Origin: an uncultured delta proteobacterium
GTDB taxonomy: Bacteria; Desulfobacterota; Syntrophia; Syntrophales; UBA5619
Length of the DNA: 64,000 bases
Reading direction: 5' to 3'
Assembly (NCBI GenBank): GCA_963817385.1
Contig: CAWFOM010000005.1
Coordinates: 128,001-192,000 of the forward strand
Positions 27,458-38,190 of the stretch are shown piece by piece; the first letter of the stretch is position 1, and each line of letters opens with the position of its first letter. The position numbers were made by a program, and so were the translations under genes. Under the pieces are notes generated by a model. That model made no database searches and was not told the origin of the DNA. It saw nothing but the letters and a program-made list of their open reading frames with translations.

Positions 27458-28972
27458 TTACGCATCTCCAAATGCTTCTTTGCGCTTCTTTTTAATACCT
27501 GGAAGCATTACGATCAGAAGCAGCAATGCAACCAGTACCAGCAGGGTAGCCGACAACGGACGCATCATGAACGCACGCCACCAGTCACCGTCAGCAATCA
27601 GGAGTGCGCGGCGCAGGTTCTCCTCCATCATTGGGCCCAGAATAAAACCCAAGAGAAGAGGGGCTGGTTCGCAACCGAGCTTGATGAACACATAGCCGAT
27701 GAAACCGAATATTCCCACCATCCAGATGTCAAAGGCGTTGTTATTGGTGGAGTATACTCCGATGGCACAAAACAGCACTATGGCGGGATACAGGAAGTGG
27801 TAAGGAACCGTCAGCATCTTGATCCAAATGGCAATAAGTGGCAGGTTCAAAATCACGAGCATCAGGTTCCCAATCCACATGGAGACAATCAGACCCCAGA
27901 AAAGCTCTGGGTTGTTGGTTATAACCTGCGGTCCTGGCTGAATATTGTGGATGGTCATGGCACCTACCATCAATGCCATCACCGCATTGGTCGGGATTCC
28001 AAGTGTAAGTAAAGGAATGAATGACGTTTGTGCCCCGGCGTTATTGGCCGACTCCGGTGATGCAACGCCGCGGATGTTGCCCTGTCCAAAGGGAACTTCG
28101 TCCGGCCTCGTGGTGACTTTCTTTTCGAGGGCGTAGGCGGCAAAGGCAGCCAGCAGGGCACCACCACCGGGTAGGATGCCAAGCATGCAACCAACGGCTG
28201 TCCCACGTAAAACTGCGGGCGTTATGTTTTTGAAGTCTTTTTTAGTGGGGAAAAGGCCATGCACTTTGGTCGTGAACACCTCACGTTTTTCTTTCGATTG
28301 CCCAAGGTTACTAATGATTTCACCATAGCCGAAGATACCCATGGCGATTACCACAAATCCGATGCCATCCGCCAGTTCGGCAATGTTCAAACTGAAGCGC
28401 GCGACACCAGAATTAATGTCTGTTCCCACAACCCCTAGGAGCAAGCCCAGCAGGACCATTGCAATGGCCTTCAGCAATGAACCCGTGGCCAGCAGCACCG
28501 CGCCAATCAGACCCAGCACCATGAGTGAGAAGTATTCTGAGGGCCCGAACTTGAAGGCCAGTTCTGTTAGTGGCGCTGCAAACGCGGCTAAAACCAAAAC
28601 TCCCACCGAACCGGCGAAAAAGGAACCCAGCGCGGCGGCAGTCAGAGCCGGGCCGGCACGACCCTTCCGGGCCATCTGATAACCATCAATACAGGTCACA
28701 ACTGACGAGGGCTCACCGGGCAAATTAACTAGAATAGAGGTGGTCGATCCACCATATTGCGCTCCATAGTAAAGTCCTGCCATCATGATCAATGCCGACA
28801 CAGGGGGTAAAACGTAAGTAACGGGCAACAACATAGCTATGGTGGCGACCGGCCCGATGCCCGGTAGTACACCGATAAGGGTACCTAAAAAGCAGCCGAT
28901 AAACGCGTACATCACATTCATGGGCGTGATGGCTACGCTAAAGCCTAAAAGCAGGTTTGAAATTAAATCCAT
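27458..28972 (-). CDS. tctA: TTT large permease subunit
   Basis: [24 protein letters not shown] motifs; visibly AT-richer codon use. Confidence 0.93.
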   Translation of the reverse strand: MDLISNLLLGFSVAITPMNVMYAFIGCFLGTLIGVLPGIGPVATIAMLLPVTYVLPPVSALIMMAGLYYGAQYGGSTTSILVNLPGEPSSVVTCIDGYQMARKGRAGPALTAAALGSFFAGSVGVLVLAAFAAPLTELAFKFGPSEYFSLMVLGLIGAVLLATGSLLKAIAMVLLGLLLGVVGTDINSGVARFSLNIAELADGIGFVVIAMGIFGYGEIISNLGQSKEKREVFTTKVHGLFPTKKDFKNITPAVLRGTAVGCMLGILPGGGALLAAFAAYALEKKVTTRPDEVPFGQGNIRGVASPESANNAGAQTSFIPLLTLGIPTNAVMALMVGAMTIHNIQPGPQVITNNPELFWGLIVSMWIGNLMLVILNLPLIAIWIKMLTVPYHFLYPAIVLFCAIGVYSTNNNAFDIWMVGIFGFIGYVFIKLGCEPAPLLLGFILGPMMEENLRRALLIADGDWWRAFMMRPLSATLLVLVALLLLIVMLPGIKKKRKEAFGDA

Positions 28973-28985
28973 CTTTTCAGCTTTC

Positions 28986-29474
28986 TTAACCGGTAATGAA
29001 GGCAGGCCACACAGGAATATTCGATTTCAGCAGCACAATGAACGTGAGATAGCTGCCCACTGCCAAGATGGTTGCGAGAATCATCGTTTGACGGATCTTA
29101 AAGGCGTCACTTGCCAAACTGGCGACGAGGGTCAGGATGTAAATCCCTGCGATCAAACCGGTAGTGGGCAGCTTGATACTGGGCAGGCCACCAAGCAATA
29201 CGCCAAACGCCAAATTAGCACCCAGAATATAAGCCAGGGGTTTCCAAGCCCAAGTACCAATCTTGTCTCCGTCTCCGGTTTTGATGACCAGCGCCTTGAC
29301 TGTAATTATGAGCCCTAGAATGGCTATCAAGCCCCCCAGCATCAATGGGAAATATCCCGGTCCCATACTGGAGCCGACACCAATCTCATAACGAGTGGCA
29401 CCCCAGACAAAACCGATGCCCACCGCTATAAACAAAACACCGGAGTAAAAATCTTTTTGACTCTTAATTTTCAT
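28986..29474 (-). CDS. tctB: TTT small membrane subunit
   Basis: MKIKSQKDFYSG, MGPGYFP motifs. Confidence 0.9.
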   Translation of the reverse strand: MKIKSQKDFYSGVLFIAVGIGFVWGATRYEIGVGSSMGPGYFPLMLGGLIAILGLIITVKALVIKTGDGDKIGTWAWKPLAYILGANLAFGVLLGGLPSIKLPTTGLIAGIYILTLVASLASDAFKIRQTMILATILAVGSYLTFIVLLKSNIPVWPAFITG

Positions 29475-29683
29475 GCTTCAGCTCATTGGGTCATGTCAGC
29501 CGAGTTTCCCTGTGGTCGACTCACGCTCCCCAACAAGTCGACATAAAAGCCTCTTGCATCCGGTACCCATTTTGCGCCTTCAGGATAAGCAAGCTATCAT
29601 GTGGTAGGAGTGAACAATTGCCTGCCTCGGCATTGCAAGCAGCTCCCAGTCTGCGGTGGCTTCGATCACTGTGATGATGATGC

Positions 29684-30898
29684 TCACCACTGACTCACAT
29701 CATCCATTCTTCTACCGCCCTTAAAAACAGCCTTCACTTTCCGGATATCGCTAATTGTAGTCAAAGGATCACCCTCAACAATCAAGATATCTGCGAATTT
29801 TTCTGCTTCCAGGGAACCTACTTTTTCATCAACCCCGCACATGCAAGCAGCCTCTGTAGTTGCCGCCTGTAAAGCCTTAATCGGTTCGATATTGAAACTA
29901 ACCAAAGTCTCTAGTTCATAAGCAAAACCGCCGTGATTTCCGTCCGTGCCCAACGTATACCTCAGACCGGAATGGACAGCTTTGGTATATGCGGCGCGGA
30001 TGTCATCCCGAAACTTTACAAAACCTCTTGTTAGCTCAGGGGTACCTCTATTGATAATTCTTTGATCGCTTAAATAGCCATTCTGAGTAACCGTTAACCA
30101 TGCTTTTGCTTTGAGCATCATTTCTATGTCGTTATCATCCATATAGATTCCGTGTTCGATTGTATCAACACCGGCTTCAACACAGTGTTTTAGCCCTACA
30201 CCTCCATAACAATGCGCCGCCACCTTTTTACCCACACAATGAGCCGTCCCTACAGCCGCTTGAATTTCTTCTTTGGTCATGAGTGACTGCATTTCATTGC
30301 GTTCCATCGTACGTTCGGTTCCAAACTTAAAGTTTCTGAATTCACCTTTGCTGCCGGTTACAAATACCTTCACCTGATCGGCACCCGCGTCGTGAATATT
30401 GATACGGGCGGCTTTTCTGACCTCTTCTACGCCATCAAACGGTGTCCCCATGATACCATGGCCATAACTGGATCGGATACCTTTGCCGCTAATCAACAAC
30501 CTTGGTCCTGGTATTAATTCCTTCTCAACGGCGTCTTTGATTGCCACATCGATAAAGTCTTTTTCTCCTAAGCAACGCATCGTGGTAACGCCGGATAATA
30601 AATCACAACGAATATTTCGGGCTGAGCGAAGGGTTAAGGTTAACGTATCGTCTTTCATGGTTGCCGCGTAGTTGGGCATTTGAGCACTTAACGCTAAGTG
30701 GGTATGGCCGTCAATTAAACCGGGCAAAATCATATTGTCACCAAAATCGATGATTTCGCTTTCGTCTTGTATACTCATTCTTGATTCTGTTCCCACGCCA
30801 ACAATTTTTTCTCCGTCAATGACCACAAATCCGTCATGGATTACTTCATAACCGGTAAATATTTTTTTACCTTTAAGGACTTTTACCATTTCATTCAC
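29684..30898 (-). CDS. Metal-dependent amidohydrolase (imidazolonepropionase/Xaa-Pro dipeptidase-like)
   Basis: PGLIDGHTH, AAHC, TIEHG, GTDG motifs. Confidence 0.88.
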   Translation of the reverse strand: MNEMVKVLKGKKIFTGYEVIHDGFVVIDGEKIVGVGTESRMSIQDESEIIDFGDNMILPGLIDGHTHLALSAQMPNYAATMKDDTLTLTLRSARNIRCDLLSGVTTMRCLGEKDFIDVAIKDAVEKELIPGPRLLISGKGIRSSYGHGIMGTPFDGVEEVRKAARINIHDAGADQVKVFVTGSKGEFRNFKFGTERTMERNEMQSLMTKEEIQAAVGTAHCVGKKVAAHCYGGVGLKHCVEAGVDTIEHGIYMDDNDIEMMLKAKAWLTVTQNGYLSDQRIINRGTPELTRGFVKFRDDIRAAYTKAVHSGLRYTLGTDGNHGGFAYELETLVSFNIEPIKALQAATTEAACMCGVDEKVGSLEAEKFADILIVEGDPLTTISDIRKVKAVFKGGRRMDDVSQW

Positions 30899-31018
30899 CC
30901 TTTCAATCAGTGGAAGTTAAACTTGGAATGTTGTTTTCAAGCCACGAGCCACCCCGGGCGTCGCCAGCTGGGTGACTCACGAATAATTAATAGGAATTAC
31001 AAGCCTTGAGAGGCCATA

Positions 31019-31981
31019 TCATTGCGGCGTTATGTTAGCCGCCTTGACGAGCTTGGCGTACATGTCGGAATCTTTGCGGATGAAATCCGCAAACTGCTGG
31101 GGTGTGCCGCCAGCGATATCGAGCCCCATTTCATCGAGCTGCTTACGCAAATCACCCGCGACGTCCTTTTGAAGTTGGTCATGAAGCTTTGTAATGATTT
31201 CCTTGGGCGTCCCTGCCGGCGCGACAAGCCCTATCCAGCCGCGGAATTCGTAGCCCTTTAATCCTACCTCGTCCAGCGTTGGTACATTGGGCAGCCTGCC
31301 AGAGCGCTGCAACGTCGTTACAGCCAATGCCTTAACCTTGCCCGAATTTACGAAAGGTATCGATGATGGCGCGGTTTCAAGCATCAAATCGATATGGCCC
31401 CCGATCAGGTCGACCATGGCGGGCCCACCGCCTTTATATGGAACGTGCTTCATACTGACACCCGTCATCATCATAAAAAGTTCAGCCGCCATGTGCTGGG
31501 AAGCTCCGACGCCGGAACTACCGAAAGTAAGCTTGCCCGGACGCGATTTAGCCAATTCAATGAGCTCCTTGACGTTCCCTGCTGGTACTGAAGGATTCAG
31601 TACCAGCACGTTGGGTTGATTGGCGATCAGCATGATCGGTGCAAAGTCCTTGAACGGGTCAAACTGCAACTTTTTGAAAAGGTGGATATTCGCAGCAAGG
31701 GGGGGGGAGCTGCTCATCAGCAGCGTGTATCCATCGGGGGCGGCCTTTGCCGCGTAATCGGTGCCGATATTCCCAGAGGCACCGGCTCGGTTTTCAATAA
31801 TGAATGGCTGGCCGAACTCTTTGGTAAACTTCTGGCCAACCAAACGTGCTACGGAATCGACGCTGCCGCCTGGTGCATAGGGTACAATAATGCGTACCGG
31901 TTTAGATGGATAGTTTTGTGCGTACGCACTCGTCGCGACAAACATGACTAACAAAAGACAGCGCAATATTTTGGTCAGCAT
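31019..31981 (-). CDS. tctC: TTT/Bug substrate-binding protein
   Basis: YPSKPVRIIVPYAPGG, ENRAGASG, HVPYKGGGPA motifs. Confidence 0.92.
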   Translation of the reverse strand: MLTKILRCLLLVMFVATSAYAQNYPSKPVRIIVPYAPGGSVDSVARLVGQKFTKEFGQPFIIENRAGASGNIGTDYAAKAAPDGYTLLMSSSPPLAANIHLFKKLQFDPFKDFAPIMLIANQPNVLVLNPSVPAGNVKELIELAKSRPGKLTFGSSGVGASQHMAAELFMMMTGVSMKHVPYKGGGPAMVDLIGGHIDLMLETAPSSIPFVNSGKVKALAVTTLQRSGRLPNVPTLDEVGLKGYEFRGWIGLVAPAGTPKEIITKLHDQLQKDVAGDLRKQLDEMGLDIAGGTPQQFADFIRKDSDMYAKLVKAANITPQ

Positions 31982-32179
31982 GGTTTCCTCCGATTTGGTT
32001 TGTGATACTGAATTTCCTATAAACGTTAACCTTAACTTAGGGCGAGCAGCGCCTCATCGTATTGGCCAGCAAGGAGGACTCTTTTGATTGGCGGTAACTA
32101 TAGCCGATAGCCCGAGAAAATCAACAAAAAAATGACATTTCATTCCCCGATCAACTTTAACTTAACCTTGAGCATTCGT

Positions 32180-32680
32180 TTAACTGCTTTGCATGCAACC
32201 CCCTTCCCCGTTTAGCGTTTCATGGGTTTCCATATCGGGTGTATCGATCCTGACGGTCCCATTCTTTTGCATTTGTAGACATGACACCGTCGACCTGAGT
32301 GAGTACCAGACACCGATTGGTTTGCCTTTAGGATCTACCAACTCGAATCCGTACAGAAAAAGCATGCGGGCGGATGCCTTCTCCTTCATGTTCCCGACGA
32401 GATTCTGCATCACCGCCGGCGTCATTGCCAAATCTTTCCATAGGGATTGGGTATCAAGATGGTAATCCCTGTGAAGTCCGATGATGACTTCGGGGTAGAT
32501 GTCCGGACCACTGATGTAGTAGCGGAAATCCGTGTTGACAGAGTAGCTTTCAAAGGACTTGGTCGTCTCATTGCTGAAGGTGATCCGACCAAAATCGCGG
32601 AATAGTTGACCGGTACAGGCCATCGTGCTCAGGCACACCATCAGCAAGAGGTAGAAAGAAGAGCGTTTTATCGATTCCAT
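32180..32680 (-). CDS. Hypothetical lipoprotein
   Basis: Lipobox-like TMAC after a hydrophobic stretch; GGAGG RBS. Confidence 0.65.
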   Translation of the reverse strand: MESIKRSSFYLLLMVCLSTMACTGQLFRDFGRITFSNETTKSFESYSVNTDFRYYISGPDIYPEVIIGLHRDYHLDTQSLWKDLAMTPAVMQNLVGNMKEKASARMLFLYGFELVDPKGKPIGVWYSLRSTVSCLQMQKNGTVRIDTPDMETHETLNGEGGCMQSS

Positions 32681-32714
32681 CTTTTCCTTCCTCCAATTGT
32701 GTCATGATAGAATA

Positions 32715-33014
32715 TCAAGTTCGCTTCATCGCCTTCTCGACCCCAGCCTTCATGTCGTCAAGGTTCATCGCTGGTGACATTTCAATACCTGCATTCAGGT
32801 TCATGAAGAAAGGTTCTACTGAACTCGGAAGCATTGTTGGATCTGCAAGATCGAAAAAAAAGAATGCCGTTCGTTTCCCGCCTTCGGGAGTAAAGTAACA
32901 GGCTTCCGGTTTCATCTTTTCCACGAATTCCATGACTGTCTTGGGAAGAATGCCTTCTTTTATTCCTCTGTTGCCTGCTTCGACCGGAATGGACACTTTC
33001 ATCATCATGCGCAT
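32715..33014 (-). CDS. Small conserved hypothetical protein (DUF3303-like)
   Basis: KPEACYF..GGKRTAFFFFD and PAMNLDD pattern; GGAGG RBS. Confidence 0.7.
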   Translation of the reverse strand: MRMMMKVSIPVEAGNRGIKEGILPKTVMEFVEKMKPEACYFTPEGGKRTAFFFFDLADPTMLPSSVEPFFMNLNAGIEMSPAMNLDDMKAGVEKAMKRT

Positions 33015-33321
33015 GTGACACCTCCATTGATTAGTTTATCGTTACTCTGTGTGATAATCGACTCAGCAATAAATATCGCCCTCTTACAAGAAACGATGTA
33101 TTTTCGGCCAATCCACACTTCCCTATTGAACCTGACAGTGAAGCAATCGCCTGTGACAGCAGTTTAATCATTTTAAGTTAGAGTATAGTGCAGATAATCA
33201 TAGAACAATGAGGATTAAAGGTAAGCAGATAGGGAGGTAAATACTATATAAGATTGAAAAAAATGGAAATAGTATATCCCAGGGATGTGAAACATCAGTC
33301 TTCTTCGAGAGCTAAAAATTA

Positions 33322-33353
33322 CAAATGCAGGGTCAGAAATAGCCCTGCATTTG
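33322..33353. terminator. Hairpin, possible terminator
   Basis: CAAATGCAGGG ... CCCTGCATTTG inverted repeat downstream of the USP fragment. Confidence 0.45.
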
Positions 33354-33377
33354 TCAGGACATTGTTTTAGATACTCT

Positions 33378-33620
33378 CTATACGCGGCAAGCTTCTGGTC
33401 TTATCAACAACACGGGTACATGAGACTGATGGAGAACACCAAACGCAACACTTCCCATCATCATCCCTTTCATTCCGGTATAACCGTGGGTGGCAATGAC
33501 AATCATATTCATGTTATTTTTTTGAGCATACTCGATTATGGCATGAGCAGGCCTATTAGCTTCCAGTGATTCGATTTTTACCTTCATACCTTCTGAAGTT
33601 AGTCGGGATTCCACATCAGC
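33378..33620 (-). pseudogene. Universal stress protein, C-terminal half only
   Basis: AIIEYA, IVIATHG..G....GSVA..VL...PVLLIR; in-frame stop upstream, N-terminal half missing. Confidence 0.75.
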
Positions 33621-33643
33621 AACCCTTACCGTCTAATGCGCAA

Positions 33644-34411
33644 TCAGCTCTTTTCTGCCAGTTTCATGAATGGCTTGAACAGGTCGAGCGGGACGGGGAA
33701 GATGATCGTGGAGTTGTTCTCTGCCGCGATCGTGTTCAAGGTCTGGAGATAGCGAAGTTGCAGTGACATGGGTTGCGTTTCCATGAGCGCCGCCGCATCG
33801 ATCAGCTTTTGGGCGGCCTGGAACTCGCCTTCCGCATTGATAACCTTTGCCCGCCGCTCTCTCTCCGCTTCAGCCTGTTTGGCAATGGCCCGTTTCATCT
33901 CCTCAGGCAGATCGATCTGCTTGACCTCGACGTGAGAAACCTTGATTCCCCAAGGTTCGGTGCTCCGGTCCAGGATCCCCTGGAGCTGGAGGTTGATCTT
34001 CTCCCGCTGCGAGAGGATTTCGTCCAGTTCCATCTGGCCGCAGACGCTCCGGAGGGTCGTCTGGGAGAGTTGCGACGTCGCGTAGAGGTAATTTTCCACA
34101 TCAATCACGGCGGCGTTCGCATTCACGACCCGAAAATAAACAACGGCGTTCACCTTAATGGACACATTGTCCCGGGTGATGACGTCCTGCGGCGGAACAT
34201 CCATCGTGATCGTCCGCATGTCGATCCTGACCATCTTGTCGACGATCGGTATCAGGATGATGATCCCCGGTCCCTTTGTGGCGATGATCCTCCCCAGACG
34301 GAAGATGACGGCCCGTTGATACTCGTTGAGGATCCGGATGGCCGACGCGAGGAACATGACGACCAGAACAACCACGATGATAAGCGGATACATCGCTAAC
34401 ATGTCTAACAT
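33644..34411 (-). CDS. SPFH/slipin-family protein
   Basis: [37 protein letters not shown] motifs. Confidence 0.93.
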   Translation of the reverse strand: MLDMLAMYPLIIVVVLVVMFLASAIRILNEYQRAVIFRLGRIIATKGPGIIILIPIVDKMVRIDMRTITMDVPPQDVITRDNVSIKVNAVVYFRVVNANAAVIDVENYLYATSQLSQTTLRSVCGQMELDEILSQREKINLQLQGILDRSTEPWGIKVSHVEVKQIDLPEEMKRAIAKQAEAERERRAKVINAEGEFQAAQKLIDAAALMETQPMSLQLRYLQTLNTIAAENNSTIIFPVPLDLFKPFMKLAEKS

Positions 34412-34424
34412 CACTGACCTCCTT

Positions 34425-34550
34425 TTACTGTTCGATGGGTTCTATCCTGATTTTCAGATGCTCCACACGGATCACCCGGACCTTTGTACCCTTCGCCACG
34501 GGAACGTCACTCACCGCGCTCCGGTACTCCCCATGGATCAGGATCTTTCT
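34425..34550 (-). pseudogene. NfeD C-terminal remnant
   Basis: [37 protein letters not shown] directly upstream of the slipin gene. Confidence 0.7.
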
Positions 34551-34983
34551 CTTTTGCTACTTTGGTATCTTCTTTTTCCGCTTTGCTTCTGTGTCTTCCA
34601 ATCTGATAGCCCGACCTTTTCCCCAATATTATAGACTTCTCTGCATTTTCCTTCTTTGCCATGATTCATTTCGCCTTTCAAAAAAGGATGTTTCGCCTAT
34701 TAAGGGGTTTTCTTTCGGAAGGATTCAGAAAATAAAAAAGACGAGAACCACCTATGCCGTCTTGTCTTTTACTGGAGTCTATCATTTAACATCCGGTCTA
34801 TAAGGGTGACAATCACCACAAAGACCCTATGATTCTCTTTTCGTTAACATCCAGTAGAATAGACTCAATACGTGCATCGCAGTATCTCGTCGATTATAAA
34901 ATACTGTTCCTCATCACCAATGAGACAGGGGCTCAAATATCAATTATTTTCCCCCTCTGATAAAAACCAAACTCACTAGCGGG

Positions 34984-35328
34984 TCATTTGGCTGCAATCC
35001 TTTTGGTCTTGGTTTCCCCAACGCCTGTCTTGATGGCGACTTTCACCGCATCTTCCATTGGATCTTTAAAAGGCACCTCAATTCGGAGCAATCCATGCTC
35101 GTATATCGCTTCGGCATTCTCAGGTTTCACCGGCCAAGTCAAAGCCAGTGCCGAAACGTACTCAATGTCCCTTGCTGGTGCCAATAAATAAACACCATCT
35201 TTAAGGATCTTTACATCGATGGTCTCCGTTGGCGCTCCTGGGATTTGGAACTCCACGACCAGCTTGTGTTGTTCCCCGTCTGCATACGCTACTGTTACGG
35301 GTGCAACTTTCATTCGTTCTTCCTGCAT
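34984..35328 (-). CDS. Hsp20/alpha-crystallin family protein
   Basis: VEFQIPG, AEAIYEHGLLRIEVP motifs. Confidence 0.82.
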   Translation of the reverse strand: MQEERMKVAPVTVAYADGEQHKLVVEFQIPGAPTETIDVKILKDGVYLLAPARDIEYVSALALTWPVKPENAEAIYEHGLLRIEVPFKDPMEDAVKVAIKTGVGETKTKRIAAK

Positions 35329-35623
35329 CTTGACACACTCCTTTTCTGCCTCGTGCCTGATTAGTCAGGCTTATTGCCAATTAAATCATAAAATATTTCG
35401 TGATGTTAACTTTTCCTTACAATATGCACGATTATAGCAAAGTCAAGGCGATTCTATGGGTAAGCTACTTTTATTTATGTATTCACACCAAGAATATTCG
35501 GGATCGCCGTAGATGTGATCATTACGAATTGAAATACAGTGTCTTCGTCGAGGTTGACTATTTGTGGACTACAGGAAGGACCGGAGCCCCCCGATCACCG
35601 GAAATACTTCCCTCCTAAAATTG

Positions 35624-35728
35624 CACCTTTCGCTCCGCATTAATTGATCTGTCTCGATCAGCCGTCCTGAACATTTAGTATTTGAAGTCTGCATGCTGCC
35701 GCGTTGCACCCTATAAACGCATACGTCT
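35624..35728. repeat. Diverged non-coding repeat, copy 1 (function unknown)
   Basis: Colinear blocks CGATCAGCC, GAACA, TAGTATTTGAAGTCT and TAAACGC shared with 47371-47472. Confidence 0.7.
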
Positions 35729-35790
35729 TGAGGATCGCACCAGATTAGGCCGCGCAAGGCAACCCCGGAGAGGAAGGAAAGCGGGCTCGA

Positions 35791-36915
35791 TCACCGACGC
35801 GAGATAGCGCGCTGGAACCGCTTGGTTATCTCTTTGGCCGGGATCGAAATGGGAGGCACCTCGGCATTGCCGGGACGAATGAGGAAGTGCACCAGTTGCC
35901 CGCTCTGCGAGCCCAAGGCCTGCCACTGAGAGGAGTTGAGGACCCGCTGCCATTTGGGTGTTCCGAGGACAGCGCCCCAGGCTGCAAGGTTTAAGCCGTA
36001 CGAAGTGGGCGTCGGTTGCGAGCCTGTGGAGCCCCATGAGCCGTTGTCCAGCAGGGCCACGGTGAGGTTCTTCGGACAATGGCGGCCGAGTTCCAACATC
36101 TGATTCGGGTTGAGGACGAAGGAACCATCTCCGTCCAGGACGATGATTCGCAGATCAGGGCGGGCTTCTGCGAGTCCGATCCCGACCAGCGTTGCCGATC
36201 CGAGAGCCCCCAGCAGATAGATATTTCGTTCCCGATCCCTGATGGCACAAGCCTCCCGGGCAGGGAAGCCGATCTGAGCGATCAGCACATGCTCTTCGGT
36301 CAGGCCCTCGAGAATGACGCGAATCGCCTGATAGCGCGTCAACTCAGGTACACCCTTGAAGCCTTCCGCCACTACGTTGACAGGAGCTATCCGGGGGGTG
36401 CCCTCTTCGGGTGTCTCATCAAGTTTCTCGCCTTCCCACAATTGCGGAGACAACAAAAAAACCCGCGCTTCGGATTTTTCGAAGCATGCAGCCAGGCCGG
36501 CTTCCAGTTCTCCGAGATCGTCGGGAGTATCAACAGTGGTTACGGGGATTTCCAGCCCGCGCAACATGGGAATCACCCGTTCGCCCAGTATCGTCTGCGC
36601 CTCGATGTTTTCCCGATAATGCCCGCGCCAACTCACGAGCAGCGGTAAGGGCAGCCCATACAGAACCGGCAGGGTCATGAGTTCGGTAATGAGATTCCCG
36701 AGTCCGGTATTCTGCATGAGCAATGCCGCCCTTCCTTGCCCCATTGCATAACCGAAGGCCATTGCGACCCCGGTATTTTCCCGGCTCAGATGCCAGAGGG
36801 GAATCTTCTTTTCCAATCTGGCAAAGAGCCATTTGAGCTTATCGCAGGGAAGATAACCCAGTCTTTGAATCTTATGGCTACAGATGATGTCTGCAACAGC
36901 CTGGCTGGTGACCAT
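35791..36915 (-). CDS. Fused sulfopyruvate decarboxylase alpha/beta-like (ComDE) TPP enzyme; phosphonopyruvate decarboxylase not excluded
   Basis: LPCD, LMQNTGLGN, SWRG N-half; TRYQAI, GALGSA, DGDGS...DNGSWGSTG C-half. Confidence 0.78.
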   Translation of the reverse strand: MVTSQAVADIICSHKIQRLGYLPCDKLKWLFARLEKKIPLWHLSRENTGVAMAFGYAMGQGRAALLMQNTGLGNLITELMTLPVLYGLPLPLLVSWRGHYRENIEAQTILGERVIPMLRGLEIPVTTVDTPDDLGELEAGLAACFEKSEARVFLLSPQLWEGEKLDETPEEGTPRIAPVNVVAEGFKGVPELTRYQAIRVILEGLTEEHVLIAQIGFPAREACAIRDRERNIYLLGALGSATLVGIGLAEARPDLRIIVLDGDGSFVLNPNQMLELGRHCPKNLTVALLDNGSWGSTGSQPTPTSYGLNLAAWGAVLGTPKWQRVLNSSQWQALGSQSGQLVHFLIRPGNAEVPPISIPAKEITKRFQRAISRR

Positions 36916-37084
36916 ATCCGAATCTCCTCAATAGTGTCCGATGTCGAATCATACCGATTCCAACGACCGCGCTGCTTATCCCGCCGGCCTTCATGGCCGC
37001 TGCGCGAAGCCGTCCAAAGCACCATACGCCACCGCGTCGATGGCCGCAAGGGAAGACGTTAGGCGCGTTTTTTCATATGAAGGA

Positions 37085-37984
37085 TCAGCGGAGATATTTT
37101 CCAAACCATTGAAAGACCTTGTTCCATCCGTCGACCGCAGCCACCGGCCGATAATCCGCACGATCCACCGCGAAGATGGAGTGGCCGGCATTATCATACG
37201 AATGGAACTCGTAGGTCTTTCCCCATTTTTTGAGTTCCGCTTCGGTCTTCGCCACATGCTCGGGCGAGGGACGCTTGTCCTCCCTGCCGAAGAGCCCGAG
37301 CAAAGGACAGCTCAGGTCCTTCGTGTAGTCGATCGGATCAACGGGTTGACGCGGCGTCAGTCCCTCCTTGCCCGCCCCGACACCGCCGCCGTAGCAGTCG
37401 ACCGCGGCGTCGATCCCCTTGAGCGTGCACGCGGCCAGGTAGACTTGCCGGCCCCCGGAACAGTAGCCGATGATGCCGACCTTGCCGTTGAGATACGGCA
37501 GGGCGCGGAGATACCGGATGGCGCCTTCGACATCGCCCATGGTGCGGTTATCCGGCATGCCGCCGGCGGCCCGCACGCTGGCGCTGTTTTCCTCGGGCGT
37601 CCCTTTGCCTTCGCGGAAATGCAGATTCGGCGAGATGGCCGCATAGCCGTGGTGCGCGAATTTGCGGGTGATCTCCTTCGTCGCTTCGTCCCAGCCGGGC
37701 ATGTGATGGATCACCACGACCCCGGGGTAGGGGCCGGGTCCCGTGGGACGCGCCAGGTATGCATCGATCGTGTCGCCCTCGTGCCCGCGCATCTTCACGA
37801 TCTCCGCACACATGGCTTCGGACGACATCCCCTTGGCGGGCTGCGCGGGCTTCGGCTCCGCCTTCGACGCCGCAAGCACCGTCCCTGCCGCACCCGCCAC
37901 CACTCCCCCCACTGCTCCGGCCGCAGTCCCCTTGATGAAATCCCTTCGAGTGACTCCTTTCCGCTTTTTCTCGACGCAATCCAT
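37085..37984 (-). CDS. Dienelactone hydrolase family protein with Tat signal
   Basis: TRRDFIK Tat motif; GYCSGG nucleophile; D and AGH triad residues. Confidence 0.9.
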   Translation of the reverse strand: MDCVEKKRKGVTRRDFIKGTAAGAVGGVVAGAAGTVLAASKAEPKPAQPAKGMSSEAMCAEIVKMRGHEGDTIDAYLARPTGPGPYPGVVVIHHMPGWDEATKEITRKFAHHGYAAISPNLHFREGKGTPEENSASVRAAGGMPDNRTMGDVEGAIRYLRALPYLNGKVGIIGYCSGGRQVYLAACTLKGIDAAVDCYGGGVGAGKEGLTPRQPVDPIDYTKDLSCPLLGLFGREDKRPSPEHVAKTEAELKKWGKTYEFHSYDNAGHSIFAVDRADYRPVAAVDGWNKVFQWFGKYLR

Positions 37985-38190
37985 GGGTGTTTTTCCTCCT
38001 TCAAAAAGATGCTTCGGTCTCGTGGAATGTTCCGTAGTATACTCGTTCTCGTAAACGGGAGGCAACTTCTCGGCCCACTCTTTCGGATGGAGGATCCGGC
38101 AGGGAGGTCGGAAAGCAAGAATTCGGTTGCCTCACGGCGATTCACTATGATAGCCACATAATCGATAACCGGTATAATGCAGTCCACGAA

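Noticed and set aside
32020..32172. TTAACCTTAACTT-like short repeats at both ends of an intergenic region
   Set aside because: Low-complexity and too short to support an element call.
26011..36915. A sulfolactate pathway made of Tct, Ldh_2 (ComC-like) and ComDE
   Set aside because: The genes are about 9 kb apart in separate modules, Ldh_2 substrate cannot be read from sequence, and no xsc is evident; too speculative.
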